Part shown: piece by piece, positions 61,463-64,000 of the stretch
Numbering within the stretch: position 1 is the first letter of the stretch
Layout: each line of letters starts with the position of its first letter
Assembly (NCBI GenBank): GCA_963702205.1
Contig: OY969724.1
Coordinates: 2,912,001-2,976,000, forward strand
Reading direction: 5' to 3'
DNA length: 64,000 nt
Source: an uncultured candidate division Zixibacteria bacterium
GTDB taxonomy: Bacteria > Zixibacteria > MSB-5A5 > GN15 > PGXB01
Made by a program: the position numbers and the translations under genes
Notes under the pieces: model-generated
Seen by the model: only the letters and a program-made list of their open reading frames with translations
Told to the model about the DNA's origin: nothing
Databases searched by the model: none

Positions 61463-62625
61463 ATGATAGAAAAAGCACTAACAGGATCGAAACAGGTACT
61501 GGGCGTGGGTGTCCCTGCTTATGGTATTTATCGGCATCGGTTTTCTAACATACCTGTACCAGTTTAACCACGGTATGTACATCACCGGCCTCAGCCGCGA
61601 CGTCCCGTGGGGCCTGTATATCGCTCAGTTCACATTTCTGGTCGGGGTGGCCGCGTCGGCGGTTATGGTAGGTACTGCCGTACTATCTTCACAATTATAA
61701 GGACTTCGCCAAGATAACCGTCCTCGGCGAATTTCTGGCGATCGGTTCGGTTATCATGTGCATGCTGTTTGTCTTCGTGGATATAGGTAATCCGATTCGC
61801 ATTTTGAATATGCCTTTGCACCCGTCGCCGCACTCGCTGCTTTTCTGGGATATGATCGTCTTATCCGGCTATCTGTTCCTGAACGTCATGATTTCTCAGG
61901 TGACCTTTTCCGCCGAGAAGAAGGGCATAAAGCCGCCGAAATGGATCAAACCGTTTATTATCATTTCGATACCGTGGGCGGTCAGCATTCATACCGTCAC
62001 GGCCTTTCTGTACAACGGTCTGGCGGCGAGGCCTTTCTGGCTGACAGCCATTCTCGCGCCGCGATTTCTGGCTTCGGCCTTTGCCGCGGGTCCGGCCTTT
62101 CTGGTTTTGATCTGCTACCTCCTGAAAAAATTCTCCAACAACGACGTCGGTGATAAGGCCCTTTCCAAACTGGGCGAGATCATAACCTATGCCATGGCGA
62201 TCAACGTCTTTTTCGTTCTGCTGGAACTGTTCACGGCGCTTTACAGCGATATACCCGAACACATTGCCCATTTCAAGTACCTGTATCTTGGAATCGGAAA
62301 GGCCCATTTTCTGGTGCCGTGGATGTGGACCTCGGCTTTTCTGTCGATAGTGTCACTGGTTCTGCTCCTGGTCCCGAAGTTGAGGGCGAGCAAGAAGTGG
62401 TTCGGACTGGCCTGCATTACCGTCATCGGTTCGCTTTGGATAGAAAAAGGCCTCGGCATGGTCATCACCGGATTTGTGCCCTCGCCGCTGGGCAAGGTGG
62501 TCGAATATATCCCGACGCTGCCGGAAGTCATGATCGTGGTTGGCATCTGGAGCGCCGGTTTTCTGGTCCTGACCGTTTTATATAAAGTGGCCATGGCCGT
62601 GAGACACCAGATTGGTTACAAATAG
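61463..62625 (+). CDS. dsrP: DsrP (NrfD family), two frameshifts near 61491 and 61671
   Basis: MIEKALTGS..YW start; TGLSRDVPWGLYI..FTFLVGVAAS; VLPYYLH; SIPWAVSIHTVTAF; APRFLASAF; each break is repaired by deleting one base. Confidence 0.9.
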
Positions 62626-62702
62626 GATATTGCTTTATTTGACATAATTGGTATTTTCAACGCCGGCTCCATGACGGCGTTGGCATGAATGGGAAAAATA
62701 AA

Positions 62703-64000
62703 ATGACGAACAACGGACATTCCGACATAGTAATAATCGGCGGTGTCGCCGCCGGACCGAAAACGGCCGCGACTCTGGCGCGCAGGAACCCCCGTCTTTC
62801 GATCACTCTTTTTCAAAAAGAGAAATATATGTCGTACGCGACCTGCGGAATGCCGTTTTTCGCCTCGGGAGATATCAGCTCGTTTCATGAACTGCTCGCG
62901 ACGTCCTACGGTATCGAGCGCGATCCGTTGTTTTTCGAAAAGGCCAAAGGCTTTAAGGCCGTCACCGAAGCGGAAGTGATGGCAATTGACCGCGACAATA
63001 AAAACGTAACGGTCAAATCGCTGGCGACCGGCGAGACGTTCGTGCACGGTTACGACAAACTGGTCATTGCGACCGGTTCCAAACCGTCTAATCCTCCGTT
63101 CGAGGTACCATCGAGCGGCAAAATCAAACATTTCACCCGGCCCGATGACGCCGTCGCCTTTCGTAAGCTGGCCGAGACGGGCCAGGTCGGAAGTGCCGTT
63201 ATTATCGGCGGCGGATTTATCGGTTGTGAACTCATGGCCGCCTGTGCCGAACTGTGGGGCATTGAGACGACATTGATCGAAGTGCAGGATCAGCTTCTCC
63301 CCTACGTGCTCGATCCGGAAATGGCCGCAATAGCAGAGCGCGAAGCCAAACACAATAATGTAAACGTAATTACGGGAGTCGGGGTCGAGAAGATTACTAT
63401 CGACGACGACGGAAACCCAGTGGTGCATATTAAAGGTCGCGACCCAATCGCAACCGATTTTGTTTTTCTCGCCCTTGGCGTCCACCCGGAAACCGAACTG
63501 GCGCAAAACTGCGGGCTCGATATCGGCACCACCGGCGGTATTGTCGTCAATGAATTCATGCAGACCTCTGATCCGAATATTTACGCGGGCGGCGATTGCA
63601 CTGAAGCAACCAGCCGTCTCACGGGAAAGGCGTTGTACATCCCGATGGGTTCGCTGGCTAATCGCCACGGACGAGTCATCGCCGAGCACATTGCCGGTCA
63701 CAAACAGCCGTTCAAAGGCGTGCTGGGGACGTTCGTTATTAAGATATTCGAGACTAATGTCGGCGCGGTCGGGCTGTCCGAAAAAGCAGCCGCAAAATCA
63801 GGATTGGACGTCGCAACCGTCTGGGGTTCCTGGCCGGACAAGCCGGATTATTACCCCGAATACGGGACGTTTACGCTGAAAATGACGTACGATAAAAACA
63901 ACCACAAACTGCTGGGCCTGCAGGCAGTCGGCAAAGGCGATATTTGCCGGAGGATAGATAGTTTCTCGGCTTTTCTGAATTTCGGTGCGACGGTCGAAGA
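62703..64000 (+). CDS. CoA-disulfide/persulfide reductase-like FAD oxidoreductase, 3' end outside the window
   Basis: Translated by hand: IVIIGGVAAG, SYATCGMP (single redox Cys), YDKLVIATGS, IGGGFIG, TSDPNIYAGGDC; absent from the ORF track because no stop lies in the window. Confidence 0.88.
   Translation, partial: MTNNGHSDIVIIGGVAAGPKTAATLARRNPRLSITLFQKEKYMSYATCGMPFFASGDISSFHELLATSYGIERDPLFFEKAKGFKAVTEAEVMAIDRDNKNVTVKSLATGETFVHGYDKLVIATGSKPSNPPFEVPSSGKIKHFTRPDDAVAFRKLAETGQVGSAVIIGGGFIGCELMAACAELWGIETTLIEVQDQLLPYVLDPEMAAIAEREAKHNNVNVITGVGVEKITIDDDGNPVVHIKGRDPIATDFVFLALGVHPETELAQNCGLDIGTTGGIVVNEFMQTSDPNIYAGGDCTEATSRLTGKALYIPMGSLANRHGRVIAEHIAGHKQPFKGVLGTFVIKIFETNVGAVGLSEKAAAKSGLDVATVWGSWPDKPDYYPEYGTFTLKMTYDKNNHKLLGLQAVGKGDICRRIDSFSAFLNFGATVE

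Overview
Bacterial chromosomal window with GC-rich coding DNA and AT-rich intergenic regions. The likely source is an anaerobic diderm of the FCB/Zixibacteria type (inference from dockerin-tailed secreted proteins, a FlgD-like C-terminal domain and the dsr gene style). The right third is an energy-metabolism locus: qmoAB with no adjacent qmoC, hdrBC or aprAB, then dsrA-B-D-N-L-C-T-M-K-J-O-P and a CoA-disulfide/persulfide reductase-like gene that runs off the end. The rest holds a K+-dependent membrane pyrophosphatase, a long minus-strand housekeeping/envelope operon, an AmmeMemoRadiSam cluster whose proteins carry export signals, tRNA-Gln followed by accessory cargo, and a complete phoBR-porin-pstSCAB-phoU locus with 11-bp-periodic Pho boxes. 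Main highlights: (1) a hidden secreted selenoprotein (in-frame TGA in a UxxC motif, candidate SECIS hairpin, apparently circularly permuted Omp28-like domain, PKD and dockerin) that the ORF track splits in two; (2) an apparently exported AmmeMemoRadiSam system; (3) a 23-aa leader ORF before dsrA that resembles the DsrC C-terminal arm; (4) Rex/CRP-like operators shared by hppA, qmoA and dsrA. Eight single-base frameshifts in otherwise intact genes are most likely assembly errors. No rRNA, CRISPR array, transposase or integrase was seen. All family calls come from motif recognition by eye, not database searches.
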